This document shows, piece by piece, positions 9,478 through 19,331 of a stretch of 64,000 nucleotides of DNA. Numbering within the stretch: position 1 is the stretch's first letter; the number at the start of each line of letters is the position of its first letter. This DNA comes from an uncultured Acidimicrobiaceae bacterium (GTDB taxonomy: Bacteria; Actinomycetota; Acidimicrobiia; Acidimicrobiales; RAAP-2). The stretch spans positions 872 to 64,871 of the forward strand of contig CAWCFG010000008.1 of the NCBI GenBank assembly GCA_963794875.1, in the 5' to 3' direction. Both the position numbers and the translations under genes were made by a program. The notes under the pieces were generated by a model. That model was not told the DNA's origin. It searched no databases and worked only from the letters and a program-made list of their open reading frames with translations.

Positions 9478-10517
9478 GCGAGTCCAACGGCTCCACCGCC
9501 ACCGCCATTCCCGTCACGGCCCGCAAGGACTGGACCAGCGACCAGGAGGTGCGTTGGTGCCCGGGCTGCGGTGACTACTCCATTTTGGCCGCCGTCCAGA
9601 TGTTGATGCCCGACCTCGGCGTGCGGCGCGAGAACACCGTGTTCCTCTCGGGGATCGGCTGCGCGGCCCGCTTCCCGTACTACATGAACACCTACGGCAT
9701 GCACTCCATCCATGGGCGGGCCCCGGCGATCGCCACCGGGTTGGCCACCTCGCGACCGGACCTCGACGTGTGGGTCATCTCCGGTGACGGCGACTCGCTC
9801 TCCATCGGCGGCAACCACCTCATCCACGCGCTGCGCCGCAACGTCCGGCTGAACATCTTGATGTTCAACAACCAGATCTACGGGCTGACCAAGGGCCAGT
9901 ACTCACCGACGTCGGAGGTGGCCAAGGTCACCAAGTCGACCCCGTTCGGGTCCGTCGACACCCCGTTTAACCCGGTGTCGCTGGCGCTCGGTGCCGAGGC
10001 CACCTTCGTGGCCCGGACCCACGACATGGACCGGGCGCACATGCAGGAGACCTTCCGGCGGGCGCACCAGCACAACGGCGCCGCCTTCGTGGAGGTCCTG
10101 CAGAACTGCAACGTCTTCAACGACGGCGCCTTCGAGAAGATCACCAGCCGGGACGCCCGGGCCACCATGCTCATCCCGCTCCAGCACGGCCAGCCGATCG
10201 CCTTCGGCGCCGAGGGCGAAGAGCGCGGCGTGATTCAACGAGCCGATGGCAGCCTCGAGATCGTGTCGGTGGCCGATGTGGGTCCCGACGCCCTGCTCGT
10301 CCATGACGAGAAGCGGGACGACCCCGGCCTCGCGTTCGCGCTGTCCCGGCTGGCTCGTGGCCCCTACGAGCCGACCCCGATCGGCGTCTTCCGGGCCGTC
10401 GAGCGCCCCGAGTACGGGACGCAGATGTCCGAGCAGATCACGGAGGCCCAGGGCAAGCGTGGGCTGGGCGACGTGGCGGCGCTGCTCCGGTCCGGCTCGA
10501 GTTGGACGGTCGAGTAG
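9474..10517 (+). CDS. korB: 2-oxoglutarate:ferredoxin oxidoreductase subunit beta (TPP-binding)
   Basis: Contains RWCPGCGDYSIL and GDGDSLSIGGNHLIHALRRN motifs. Translationally coupled to korA (ATGA). Confidence 0.88.
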   Translation: MSESNGSTATAIPVTARKDWTSDQEVRWCPGCGDYSILAAVQMLMPDLGVRRENTVFLSGIGCAARFPYYMNTYGMHSIHGRAPAIATGLATSRPDLDVWVISGDGDSLSIGGNHLIHALRRNVRLNILMFNNQIYGLTKGQYSPTSEVAKVTKSTPFGSVDTPFNPVSLALGAEATFVARTHDMDRAHMQETFRRAHQHNGAAFVEVLQNCNVFNDGAFEKITSRDARATMLIPLQHGQPIAFGAEGEERGVIQRADGSLEIVSVADVGPDALLVHDEKRDDPGLAFALSRLARGPYEPTPIGVFRAVERPEYGTQMSEQITEAQGKRGLGDVAALLRSGSSWTVE

Positions 10518-10526
10518 TCAGAGGCT

Positions 10527-10562
10527 GGTCACTTCGCTGAGCGACTCCTCGCTCAGCTGACC
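10527..10562. terminator. Hairpin between the convergent korB gene and the 10553 gene (possible bidirectional terminator)
   Basis: A 9-bp perfect stem gctgagcga-ctcc-tcgctcagc (10536-10557) is flanked by ggtca/tgacc. There is no clear U-tract. Confidence 0.4.
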
Positions 10563-11203
10563 ACTTCGCCCAGGCGGGTGAAGGTATTGCAGTAGAACAG
10601 CCGTCCGCCCGGCGGCCGCCAGTCGGCCCAGTCCGCATAGGCCGGGCTCTCGGTGCCGCCCAGGCGGGGCGCCACGTGGGCGATCATGGTGGCGAAGGTG
10701 GCTTCGGCCTCCGCGTTGTCGAACTCGTAGAAGTGCATGTACAGGGGGTCCGCCTCGGCCGTGTTCTCGTAGACGGAAATCTGCGTGAAGCCCGGGATGG
10801 CGGCTGCGGCGATGTGGCGGATGTGCACGAAGTCGCCCCAGTCGCGCAGGCGGCGGGCCAGGTCCGGGGTCCGCGGGCTGATCCAGACGATCGCCAGGCC
10901 CAGGGTCGGCCCGCCGGTGAGGATGCCCTGGCTCGGACGGGGATACCGGCGAAAGCAGTGGGACTGCGAGACCTCGGGCGGTGGCGGTTGAGGCACGTAC
11001 CCCTCGGCGGCCTCGACGACGACGAGGGACCGGCCGTCACGTATCCGCATGGGTAGGTCGGTGCGCTCGAAGGCAGCGTTCTCCCACCAGGTCACCCGCT
11101 CGACGCCCTCGGCTCCCGCCAACGCCTCCGCTCTGCGCGCACGGCTCGCAGGCGAAGCGTCGCCGAGTTCGAGGTGCAGGAGCGTGCCGGGGCGGTCTTC
11201 CAT
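10553..11203 (-). CDS. Hypothetical protein
   Basis: Inner ATG 11203 of ORF 10553..11395 (MEDRPGTLLHLELGD...). Its start abuts the stop of the upstream SRPBCC gene. No family recognised. Confidence 0.5.
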   Translation of the reverse strand: MEDRPGTLLHLELGDASPASRARRAEALAGAEGVERVTWWENAAFERTDLPMRIRDGRSLVVVEAAEGYVPQPPPPEVSQSHCFRRYPRPSQGILTGGPTLGLAIVWISPRTPDLARRLRDWGDFVHIRHIAAAAIPGFTQISVYENTAEADPLYMHFYEFDNAEAEATFATMIAHVAPRLGGTESPAYADWADWRPPGGRLFYCNTFTRLGEVVS

Positions 11204-11205
11204 GA

Positions 11206-11673
11206 CTAGGCCGCTGGTTTCTCCTGCACCTCGTCCCGGATCCGCTCGAGCGTCGTGCGCATCCCCTTGCGATTGACCTTGCCCCGGGACCACCCCCACA
11301 GGGTCCAGTAGAGGCGGAGGCCGAACGTGGGGCTGAGGGTGAAGGACTCGGTGACGTCGCAGCCGTTCTCGGCTGGTGTGATCTCGTAGCGCCACACGTT
11401 CAACGGGGGCTTTCCGGGGCTCCCCACTCCGAAAGCAAAGGTCTTCCCGGGCTCACACTCGGTGACCGTGCAGGTCGTCCAGTAGATCGGGCCGATGCCG
11501 TTGCGCTTGACGTGGCCGCGGAAGCGGGCGCCGACGGCGGGCCCGGTGGCCCCCTCGACCCACTCGGCCTCGAAGGTCTCGGGGCTGTAGCTCCCGATCC
11601 GAGTGACGTCACTCACCAGGTCCCAGACCGGTTGAGGCGACGCCGTCATGTGGATGGTCACAGAGTCGTGCAC
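11206..11673 (-). CDS. SRPBCC (polyketide cyclase/dehydrase-like) family protein
   Basis: 155 aa. The pattern SPQPVWDLVSDVTRIGSYSPE...W.YEI.P...GC.VTESF is typical of SRPBCC proteins. Confidence 0.7.
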   Translation of the reverse strand: MHDSVTIHMTASPQPVWDLVSDVTRIGSYSPETFEAEWVEGATGPAVGARFRGHVKRNGIGPIYWTTCTVTECEPGKTFAFGVGSPGKPPLNVWRYEITPAENGCDVTESFTLSPTFGLRLYWTLWGWSRGKVNRKGMRTTLERIRDEVQEKPAA

Positions 11674-11682
11674 GTGGTCACC

Positions 11683-12888
11683 TCAGGGGAGATCGAGGGA
11701 CCGGAACACCATGCCGGTCCGGGGCTTGGGACTGAAGAAGGTCGTCTTGGGTGGCATGCGCCGCCGCTCGTTCGCCCATTCGTCGATCTGGGCGACGGTG
11801 ACCGGCCGGAGGAGGAAGGCCGCCTGGCCCTCGCCGTCGCGGAGGGCCTCCATCGCCTCGGCCACGCTGTGGCGGTGCATGACCTCGTGGGGCGGGAGCG
11901 TGGCGAGCACGCTGGCCACCAGGTTGGAGTCGAGGTCGTTGCCCGGCTGTTCCTGGACCTCGGCGTGGGCGAGGAGCAGGTACGCCTGGCCGCCGGTAAC
12001 CAGGGCCAGAGAGTGCGAGTCGGCCAGTGCGCCGAGGGTCCGGTCGTCGGCCGCGCCGGCCCGGACGACGTCGAACCACGGAGCCAGGGCGGCCACCAGG
12101 TCGAAATCCTTGGGCAGGCCGCTGACCGTGCGCTGAATGGCGCCGACGGTGAGCTGGTCCTCGGCGAGCTCGACGACGAGCGCCATCACGAGGTCGTAGG
12201 ACCCGGGCGCACCGCCGTTGGCCTGGCGGCACTCGGCCTGGTAGGTCCGGGCGGTCTCGTAGCGGTGGTGCCCATCAGCGAGAACCACGGGAGCCTTGGC
12301 CAGGGCTGCACCGACCGCAGCGACGGTGTCGGCATCGTGCAACACCCAGAGCTGGTGACGGACCCCGTCGTCGTCGTGGACATCGGCGACCGGGTCGTCG
12401 TCGGTGGGGTCGAAGGTGGCCGTCACGCCGGCGGCCATGGAGAGGCCCCAGATCGGGGACAGGTTGGCCCGCGTCGCCCGGAGCAGGTCGAGCCGGTCAC
12501 TCTTGGGCTTGGGGAGGGTCTGCTCGTGGGGGAGGATGTCGCTCTCGGTGCCCGGCTCACCGAGGCCCAGGGCGCCAATGACGCCGGTGGTGGCCCTCCC
12601 GGACGGGTCGGTCATCCGGTAGGGATAGAGGCTCGGGACCGGATCGGCCACGAGGATCCCCTTGGCTTGCCATCGGGTGAACAGTTCGGTGGCCACGGCG
12701 TAGCGGTCGCGTCGACCCGAGAGATCGGCTTCGGGAAGTTCGACCAACACCGCGTTGGCCCGATGGCGCGAAGCCAGCCGCGAACGCTCTGTAGCCGAGA
12801 TCACGTCGTACGGCGGGGCGATGACCTGGTCAAGTGGTGCGACCTCGGGTCGGTAGCGCAGGCCCTGGAACGGTTCGAAGCGCGGCAC
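11683..12888 (-). CDS. DUF1015 domain-containing protein
   Basis: 401 aa starting MPRFEPFQGLRYRP...VIAPPYDVIS, with LPHEQTLPKPKSDRLDLLRATRANLSPIWGL, the DUF1015 signature. Confidence 0.75.
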   Translation of the reverse strand: MPRFEPFQGLRYRPEVAPLDQVIAPPYDVISATERSRLASRHRANAVLVELPEADLSGRRDRYAVATELFTRWQAKGILVADPVPSLYPYRMTDPSGRATTGVIGALGLGEPGTESDILPHEQTLPKPKSDRLDLLRATRANLSPIWGLSMAAGVTATFDPTDDDPVADVHDDDGVRHQLWVLHDADTVAAVGAALAKAPVVLADGHHRYETARTYQAECRQANGGAPGSYDLVMALVVELAEDQLTVGAIQRTVSGLPKDFDLVAALAPWFDVVRAGAADDRTLGALADSHSLALVTGGQAYLLLAHAEVQEQPGNDLDSNLVASVLATLPPHEVMHRHSVAEAMEALRDGEGQAAFLLRPVTVAQIDEWANERRRMPPKTTFFSPKPRTGMVFRSLDLP

Positions 12889-12947
12889 TGCGCCACTCTC
12901 GCACAGGTCAGACGAGGTCGCCGCGAGGCACTCCCTAGACTCTGGGC

Positions 12948-13541
12948 GTGGACGAGCAAGGGTTGGACCGGATCCTCACCGCCCCCAACGTCATCACCCT
13001 CGTGCGGCTCCTGTGCATCCCCCTGTACCTGTGGCTGCTCTTCGGGGCCCATCGCCAGACGGCCGCCGCCGTCCTTCTGGCAGTGCTCGGCGCGACCGAC
13101 TGGGTCGACGGGTTCGTGGCGCGGCGCTACGGCCAGGTGTCGACGTTCGGCAAGGTGCTCGATCCGACGGCGGACCGGATCCTGGTGGGAACGGCGGTGA
13201 TCTCCATCATGGTCTACGGCGCCGTGCCCCTCTGGTTCGGCCTGGCCACCATTGCCCGTGAGGTCTTGGTGTCGGTGATGGTGCTGCTGCTGGCCAGCAT
13301 GGGCGCGGCGCGCATCGATGTGTTGTGGGTGGGCAAGGCGGGCACATTCGGACTCATGTTCGCCTACCCCACGTTCCTCCTCGGCTACGGGACGGCTGCC
13401 TGGCAGGAACCGATCCGGATCATCGGCTGGGTGACGGGTCTCATCGGGCTGACGCTGGCCTGGTGGGCGGCCGGAAGCTACATCGGACCAGCACGGCAGG
13501 CGTTGCGTCAGGGCCGGGCGGCGCGCCGGAGCACCGTATGA
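12948..13541 (+). CDS. CDP-alcohol phosphatidyltransferase (PgsA / actinobacterial cardiolipin synthase-like)
   Basis: 197 aa with the DWVDGFVARRYGQVSTFGKVLDPTADR motif (DG..AR...G...D...D). Confidence 0.8.
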   Translation: MDEQGLDRILTAPNVITLVRLLCIPLYLWLLFGAHRQTAAAVLLAVLGATDWVDGFVARRYGQVSTFGKVLDPTADRILVGTAVISIMVYGAVPLWFGLATIAREVLVSVMVLLLASMGAARIDVLWVGKAGTFGLMFAYPTFLLGYGTAAWQEPIRIIGWVTGLIGLTLAWWAAGSYIGPARQALRQGRAARRSTV

Positions 13542-16030
13542 AGGCCGTGATCATGGCGGGTGGCGAGGGCACCCGGCTTCGCCCGCAGACCTCGAACCTG
13601 CCCAAGCCGATGCTTCCGCTGGTCGGACGACCGATGATGGAGCACATCGTGTCGCTGCTCCGGCGCCACGGCATCACCGACATCGTCGTCACGCTCGCCT
13701 TTCTCCCCAATGCGATCCGCAGCTACTTCGGCGACGGCAGCGAGCTCGGGGTCTCGATGGTGTACGCCACGGAGGAATCGCCCCTCGGCACCGCAGGATC
13801 GGTTCGCAACGCGCGCGAGCAGCTGACTGAGCGGTTTCTCGTGATTTCGGGTGACGTCCTCACCGATATCGACCTGACGTCGGTGATCGACTTCCACGAG
13901 AAGAACGAGGCGCTGGCCACGATCGCCCTGTGTGCCGTCGAGAATCCCCTCGAGTTCGGCATCGTGATCACGCGGGAGGACGGGACGATCGAGCGCTTCC
14001 TCGAGAAGCCCGGCTGGGGCCAGGTGTTCAGCGACACCATCAACACCGGCATTTACGTTCTGGAACCCGAGATCTTCGACCACATCCCCGAAGGCCGTTC
14101 CGTCGATTTCTCCGGAGAGGTGTTCCCCTCCGTCCTCCAGGCACGCCAGCCCCTCTACGGCTACGTGGCCGACGGGTACTGGGAGGACGTCGGCACCACC
14201 GCCGCCTATCTCAAGGCCCACGAGGACATCCTCGACGGCAAGGTGGATGTGGACATCGCCGGCTTCGAGCTTCGCCCCGGCGTCTGGATAGGCAAGGGCT
14301 CCACCATCGACCCGTCGGTGCGGATCGACTCGCCGACGTTCATCGGGGAGAACTGCACCATCGACGAGGATGTCGTCCTGGCGGGCTACACGACAGTGGG
14401 CGCCAATGCCCAGGTGGCGGCCCGGGCGGAGCTCCAGCGCTCCGTCATCGGCGAGAATTCCTACCTGGGGCCGGCCACCCGCGTGGAGGGTGCCGTGCTC
14501 GGGCGGTCCTGTGACCTCCGGATCGGGGCCCGGATTGAGCCCGGAGCGGTCGTCGGGGAGGGCTGCCTGGTCGGCGCTCACGCCGAGGTCCGCAGCGACG
14601 TCAAGGTGTATCCCTACAAGGTCGTTGAGGCCGGGGCCCAGGTCAACGCCTCCATCGTGTGGGAGTCGGGCGGGTCGCGGACCCTTTTCGGCCCGGAGGG
14701 CGTCCAAGGCATCGCCAACGTCGACATCAGCCCCGAGCTGGCGGTCCGTCTGGCCAAGGCCTGGGCGTCGGGCTTCGAGAAGGGGTCGTTCATCACCGCC
14801 TCGCGGGACACGAGCCGGGTCGCCCGTGTGCTGAAGCGCGCCCTGATGGTCGGGTGCAACTCCGTCGGTGTGAACGTCAACGACTTGGAGTTGGCGACGG
14901 TGCCCGTGACGCGGCATCACGTGCGCATGCGCGGCAACCGGGCCGGGCTCACCGTGCGGCTCAGCCCGGACGACCCCCAGTCGGTGGTCATCCGCTTCTT
15001 CGACGAACGCGGCATCGACCTCACCGAGAGCGATCAGCGACGGGTCGAGCGCACGTATCACCGAGAGGAGTTCCGTCGGGTCACTGCCGGCGAAATCGGT
15101 GACATCGACTTCTCGCCCCGGACGATCGAGCTCTACACCGAGGATGTCGTCGAGGCGTTCCAGCTACGGCGGGTCGTGGGCCACCAGGTGAAGCTCGTCC
15201 TCGACCTCTCGTTCGGGGCGGCCAACTTCGTCATGCCCAGCCTGCTCTCGAAGGTCGGTGCTGACGTGCTCAGCATCAATCCTTATGCGCAGACGCCGGG
15301 CATGATCGCGGTCGACCGTGCGGCGAGCGAGGCCCGGGTGGCGGACGCCGTGCGTGGATCGGGGGCCGACCTCGGTGCCGTCATCGATGCCGGAGGCGAG
15401 CGCCTCACCCTCATCGATGGGATGGGCCGCGTGCTGTCCGACGACGAGGCGATCATGGCCTTCATCGACCTGTCGACTGCGGCGGGTGAGACGGGACGCG
15501 TTGCACTCCCGGTGACTGCCAGTGACCGCACGGTCCGCCGCTGTCGAGAGCGCGGGATCGAGTTGATGCTCACGCCGTTGTCGCCGTCAGGGCTGCTGCA
15601 GGCCGCGGCGTCAGGCGGCGTCTCGTTCGCCTCGGACCGGCGAGGAGGCTACGTCTTCCCGGCCTTTCTGCCGGCCTTCGACGCCGCGGCCGCGCTGGCG
15701 CGTTTGGTGTCGCTGCTCGAGGACAGCCCGAGGACTCTGGCAGAGATCGTCGACGCCACCCCGTCGATGCCCATCTCGGAAGGCGAGGTGCCGACGCCGA
15801 TGGAACAGAAGGGTCTGATCATGCGGACCCTGATGGAGCAGCTGACCGACGAGGGGGCCGAATTGGTCCTGGTAGACGGCATCAAGGTGGTATCCGACCA
15901 GGGGTGGGCCCTGGTGGTGCCGGACCCCGCCGAGCCCGTCACGCACGTCTGGGCCGAGGGGTCGGACCCGGTCTCCTCCGAGGCCCTGGTGGCCACGTAC
16001 AGCGAGCGGATTGCCGGCATGCTCCCCTGA
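13538..16030 (+). CDS. Fused sugar-1-phosphate nucleotidyltransferase (mannose-1-P guanylyltransferase-like) and phosphomannomutase/phosphoglucomutase-like protein
   Basis: ATG 13538 gives MKAVIMAGGEGTRLRPQTSNLPKPMLPLVGRPMM, followed by left-handed beta-helix repeats and then a PGM/PMM-like C-terminal half. The upstream part of ORF 13325.. overlaps the preceding gene. Confidence 0.75.
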   Translation: MKAVIMAGGEGTRLRPQTSNLPKPMLPLVGRPMMEHIVSLLRRHGITDIVVTLAFLPNAIRSYFGDGSELGVSMVYATEESPLGTAGSVRNAREQLTERFLVISGDVLTDIDLTSVIDFHEKNEALATIALCAVENPLEFGIVITREDGTIERFLEKPGWGQVFSDTINTGIYVLEPEIFDHIPEGRSVDFSGEVFPSVLQARQPLYGYVADGYWEDVGTTAAYLKAHEDILDGKVDVDIAGFELRPGVWIGKGSTIDPSVRIDSPTFIGENCTIDEDVVLAGYTTVGANAQVAARAELQRSVIGENSYLGPATRVEGAVLGRSCDLRIGARIEPGAVVGEGCLVGAHAEVRSDVKVYPYKVVEAGAQVNASIVWESGGSRTLFGPEGVQGIANVDISPELAVRLAKAWASGFEKGSFITASRDTSRVARVLKRALMVGCNSVGVNVNDLELATVPVTRHHVRMRGNRAGLTVRLSPDDPQSVVIRFFDERGIDLTESDQRRVERTYHREEFRRVTAGEIGDIDFSPRTIELYTEDVVEAFQLRRVVGHQVKLVLDLSFGAANFVMPSLLSKVGADVLSINPYAQTPGMIAVDRAASEARVADAVRGSGADLGAVIDAGGERLTLIDGMGRVLSDDEAIMAFIDLSTAAGETGRVALPVTASDRTVRRCRERGIELMLTPLSPSGLLQAAASGGVSFASDRRGGYVFPAFLPAFDAAAALARLVSLLEDSPRTLAEIVDATPSMPISEGEVPTPMEQKGLIMRTLMEQLTDEGAELVLVDGIKVVSDQGWALVVPDPAEPVTHVWAEGSDPVSSEALVATYSERIAGMLP

Positions 16031-16076
16031 TACTTCGGGTGCGGCATCTGGTGGTCGTCCGGTATGGTCGCCCCCC

Positions 16077-16457
16077 ATGAACATCCCAGAGGACCTTCGA
16101 TATTCGGCGGAGCACGAGTGGGTCCGCGTCGAAGGGACGACGGTACGGGTCGGCATCACGGACTACGCCCAGGACGCGCTGGGTGACATCGTGTTCGTGG
16201 ACTTGCCCTCCGTCGGGGCCGAGGTCGAGGCCGGAGGACAGCTTGGCGAGGTCGAATCGACCAAGTCGGTGTCCGAGCTCTACGCGCCGCTGGCGGGCAC
16301 CGTCACGGCTGTCAACGACTCGCTCACGGAGGGGCCTGAGAGGATCAACCAGGATCCCTACGGCGAAGGATGGCTCTGCGAGCTGGAGCTCGCGAAGGGT
16401 GCGGACCCGGCCGCTCTCCTCGACGCGGTCGCCTACGGTGACCTGACTGCGGACTGA
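16077..16457 (+). CDS. gcvH: Glycine cleavage system protein H
   Basis: MNIPEDLRYSAEHEWVRVEG...LGEVESTKSVSELYAPLAGTV contains the lipoyl-lysine motif. Confidence 0.9.
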   Translation: MNIPEDLRYSAEHEWVRVEGTTVRVGITDYAQDALGDIVFVDLPSVGAEVEAGGQLGEVESTKSVSELYAPLAGTVTAVNDSLTEGPERINQDPYGEGWLCELELAKGADPAALLDAVAYGDLTAD

Positions 16458-16498
16458 CCTGGCGTTCGAGGGTGTGATGGGGGCAGGAGAAGTCAGTC

Positions 16499-16993
16499 GT
16501 GGGGTGGGGTACCGTGGACGTCGTGTTCTGTCACAATTGCGGGCACCGGAATCCCGAGGGCGTCAACTTCTGTTCGTCGTGTGGTCATGCGCTGCTGGCG
16601 GACGGCGATGACGCCACCATCACGCTCCACCCAACCGATGAGGGGGAGACGACGGAGGACTATCCGGATGTCACCTCGGTCGAAGTGCCGCATGGCGCCG
16701 GCGTGCTTGTCGTCACCCGCGGCCCCAACATCGGCGCGCGCTATCTCCTCGGTGAGCGCGTCGTGAAGGCCGGGCGCCATCCCGAGAGCGACATCTTCCT
16801 CGACGACATCACGGTGTCGCGGCGTCATGTGGAGATCGGCCCCGCCAACGGGGGGTACACAGTCCGGGACGTGGGGTCGCTGAACGGCACGTACGTCAAT
16901 CGTGAGCGTATCGACGAGGTCCCGCTCGCCCCGGGCGACGAGGTGCAGATCGGCAAGTTCAAGCTCGTCTACCTGGTGGCTGGCAACGAGTGA
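16499..16993 (+). CDS. garA: FHA-domain regulator, GarA/OdhI-like, with an N-terminal zinc-ribbon
   Basis: The C-terminal 100 aa are close to GarA as I recall it ([22 protein letters not shown]...[12 protein letters not shown]...[14 protein letters not shown]). The N-terminus carries [20 protein letters not shown]. An AGGAGA RBS precedes GTG 16499, and the synteny with gcvH and merR matches Mycobacterium. Confidence 0.8.
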   Translation: MGWGTVDVVFCHNCGHRNPEGVNFCSSCGHALLADGDDATITLHPTDEGETTEDYPDVTSVEVPHGAGVLVVTRGPNIGARYLLGERVVKAGRHPESDIFLDDITVSRRHVEIGPANGGYTVRDVGSLNGTYVNRERIDEVPLAPGDEVQIGKFKLVYLVAGNE

Positions 16994-18186
16994 GCAGCCG
17001 CACCTACCTTTCCATCGGTGACGTTCTGACCCTCTTGCGGGAGGAGTTCCCTGACGTCACGATCTCGAAGATCCGCTTCCTCGAGAGCCAGGGCCTGGTC
17101 AATCCGGAGCGTTCGCCCTCGGGGTACCGCAAATTCTTCGACCACGACGTGGAGCGCCTGCGCTGGGTCCTGCGCCAGCAGCGGGAGCACTTCCTTCCGC
17201 TCAAGGTCATCCGGGACCGGCTGGCCGATGGGGACCTCGGCGAGGACCTCGAGCAGGAGCGTCCGAACGGCAAGGAGGTCGAGCCCGCGGTCGCGGTCGC
17301 GGTCGGGGTGGCATCGGGGCACGCGCACGAACAGCCGACCAAGGCCGACGAGGAGGCGATGGCGCGCATCCTTGCTGATGCGTCGCGCCGCGCCGCCCGG
17401 CTCCCCGAGGAGAAGAAGACGCGCCCCGGTTTGCAGGTGGTGGTCGAGGCGGATGTCGCACCACGCATCACGGCCGAGCCCGCGGTGCCACGTGAAAGCG
17501 TGAGCGCCGGGCCGCGCCGCGTCGCCGCCGACGATCGGGCGGGCGATCCAGCCCCGGTCGGCGCCGGAGGTCAGAGCGCGCCGCCGCCGGCATCGGCGAC
17601 GGCCCCAGCGTCGCCGCCGACGGCCGCAGGGCGCGGCAACGGGACGTCGCTCCCGCGCCAAACAGAGACAGCAGAGACGACAGAGACAGCAGTGAACCCG
17701 CGCGTCGTGCCACCACACAGCGACGCACACACGCGCAAGGGCGAAGCGAAACCACGCGAGGGCACCGCAGGGAGCGCGCCGAGTGCCGCGCCCGCCGTGG
17801 TGACCGGCGCGAGCCTGTCAGCGGACGAGTTGTGCGCTGCCAGTGGCCTCTCGCTCGAAGAGCTGGCGGGGCTCAAGGGGTTCGGCCTCGTGGAGTGCGT
17901 CTCGGTGGCTGGTATCGAGACCTACGACGAAGATGCCCTCACCGTGGCCAACCTGGCCGCAGCGTTCCGGGCCTTCGGGATTGAGCCGCGCCACCTGCGG
18001 CTCTACCGAAACGCTGCCGACCGCGAGCTGGGCCTCATTGAGCAGGTGGTGATCCCCCTTTTGCGCCAGCGGAACCCCGAATCCCGGCAACGAGCCGTCG
18101 ATGGGGCCGATCAGCTGGCTGCGCTCGGACAATCGATGCGAGCCACCCTTCTTCGCCAGGCTCTCCGCCGCCACCTGGGGGGGTGA
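16990..18186 (+). CDS. MerR family transcriptional regulator (Rv1828-like) with a long disordered linker
   Basis: The N-terminal HTH is [43 protein letters not shown]. The start overlaps the garA stop by 4 nt. Confidence 0.8.
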   Translation: MSSRTYLSIGDVLTLLREEFPDVTISKIRFLESQGLVNPERSPSGYRKFFDHDVERLRWVLRQQREHFLPLKVIRDRLADGDLGEDLEQERPNGKEVEPAVAVAVGVASGHAHEQPTKADEEAMARILADASRRAARLPEEKKTRPGLQVVVEADVAPRITAEPAVPRESVSAGPRRVAADDRAGDPAPVGAGGQSAPPPASATAPASPPTAAGRGNGTSLPRQTETAETTETAVNPRVVPPHSDAHTRKGEAKPREGTAGSAPSAAPAVVTGASLSADELCAASGLSLEELAGLKGFGLVECVSVAGIETYDEDALTVANLAAAFRAFGIEPRHLRLYRNAADRELGLIEQVVIPLLRQRNPESRQRAVDGADQLAALGQSMRATLLRQALRRHLGG

Positions 18187-18219
18187 CGCAGGCCCGCAAT
18201 CGGGCGCTACATTTCAAGC

Positions 18220-18720
18220 ATGGTCCGTGTGCTTCTTCGTGCCGTCAGGGTGGACCTGCAATCAAACACGCCGGTGCTCCTTCTGCAGGAGACCGAGGGT
18301 GAGGGGCGGACACTGCCGATCTTCATCGGGAGCCCCGAGGCAACGGCCATCGCCTACGCCCTCCAGGGCGTGACCATGCCGAGACCCCTGACTCACGACT
18401 TGATGAAGGACATGCTCGGTGCCCTCGACATCAGCGTCGAACGGGTGATCATCACAGAGTTGCGGGCGTCCACCTACTATGCCGAGTTGCACCTCATGCG
18501 CGGGGACGAGCGGACGATCGTCTCGAGCCGACCGTCCGATGCCGTCGCGGTGGCCGTGCGTACCGAGTCGCCCCTGTTCGTTTCCGATGAGCTCATGGAG
18601 TCCGAGGGAATCATTCTTGCGCTCGACGCCGAGGAGGAGGAGGATGACACGCCCGACGAATTGGTCGGCCAGTTCCGCCAGTTCCTCGACTCGGTGCGCC
18701 CCGAGGATTTCGAGGCGTGA
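18220..18720 (+). CDS. Bifunctional nuclease family protein (DUF151, Rv1829-like)
   Basis: 166 aa: VRVDLQSNTPVLLLQE...LPIFIGSPEATAIAYALQG...RPLTHDLM...AELHL. Confidence 0.8.
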   Translation: MVRVLLRAVRVDLQSNTPVLLLQETEGEGRTLPIFIGSPEATAIAYALQGVTMPRPLTHDLMKDMLGALDISVERVIITELRASTYYAELHLMRGDERTIVSSRPSDAVAVAVRTESPLFVSDELMESEGIILALDAEEEEDDTPDELVGQFRQFLDSVRPEDFEA

Positions 18721-19328
18721 CGCAACACCGCTGGGCGCTCGCCCTTCTTGCGGGCGCAGCGGTGGCACTGGCCGCGTGCAGCAGCGGTCCGAGCACGCCG
18801 AAGCACGTCACGACCACGACGCGCGCTGCCACCACGACGACCTCGTCATCCACCACCACGACAACGTCTGCTACGACGACGACATCAACGTCGGCGACCT
18901 CGTCCGCCTGTACCCACATCACGGCCTCGCCCGGGCAGGGCCAGGGTGCGGCGGGGACGATCACCGGAACCGTCACCGTCACCAACGCGGGAACCGCTCC
19001 GTGTACCGTCAGCGGCTACCCGTCGATGGCACTCTTCTCCGGGAGTGGCGCTCCGCTCACGGTCACGATGGTGGACGGGTTGACGGTGACGATCTCGAGC
19101 GCGGCGAACGCTCCACCGTCGTCATTCTCGCTGGCGCCCTCGTCCAGCGCGCAGTTCGCTTACCAGTACTCGGACGTGCCCGTCGGCTCCGAGACGAGCT
19201 GCCCCACTTCCGAGTCCGCCTCCGTGACCATGCCGGGGACGACGACGGCCTCTCCGAGTTTCCAGTTGGCCGTCGGGCCCTGTGGCAACGGGACCATCAG
19301 GGTCTCGCCGGTCTACGCCGGCGCCTGA
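18717..19328 (+). CDS. Lipoprotein with Thr/Ser-rich linker and a DUF4232-like domain
   Basis: Lipobox LAACSS, then a poly-T/S linker, then GTVTVTNAGTAPCTVSGYPS...C...GPCGNGTIRVSP. Confidence 0.65.
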   Translation: MTQHRWALALLAGAAVALAACSSGPSTPKHVTTTTRAATTTTSSSTTTTTSATTTTSTSATSSACTHITASPGQGQGAAGTITGTVTVTNAGTAPCTVSGYPSMALFSGSGAPLTVTMVDGLTVTISSAANAPPSSFSLAPSSSAQFAYQYSDVPVGSETSCPTSESASVTMPGTTTASPSFQLAVGPCGNGTIRVSPVYAGA

Positions 19329-19331
19329 CCT

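Noticed and set aside
11512-15061. Long ORFs 11512..13200(+) and 13508..15061(-)
   Set aside because: They are antisense to the DUF1015 gene and to the nucleotidyltransferase/PMM fusion respectively. No motifs were found.
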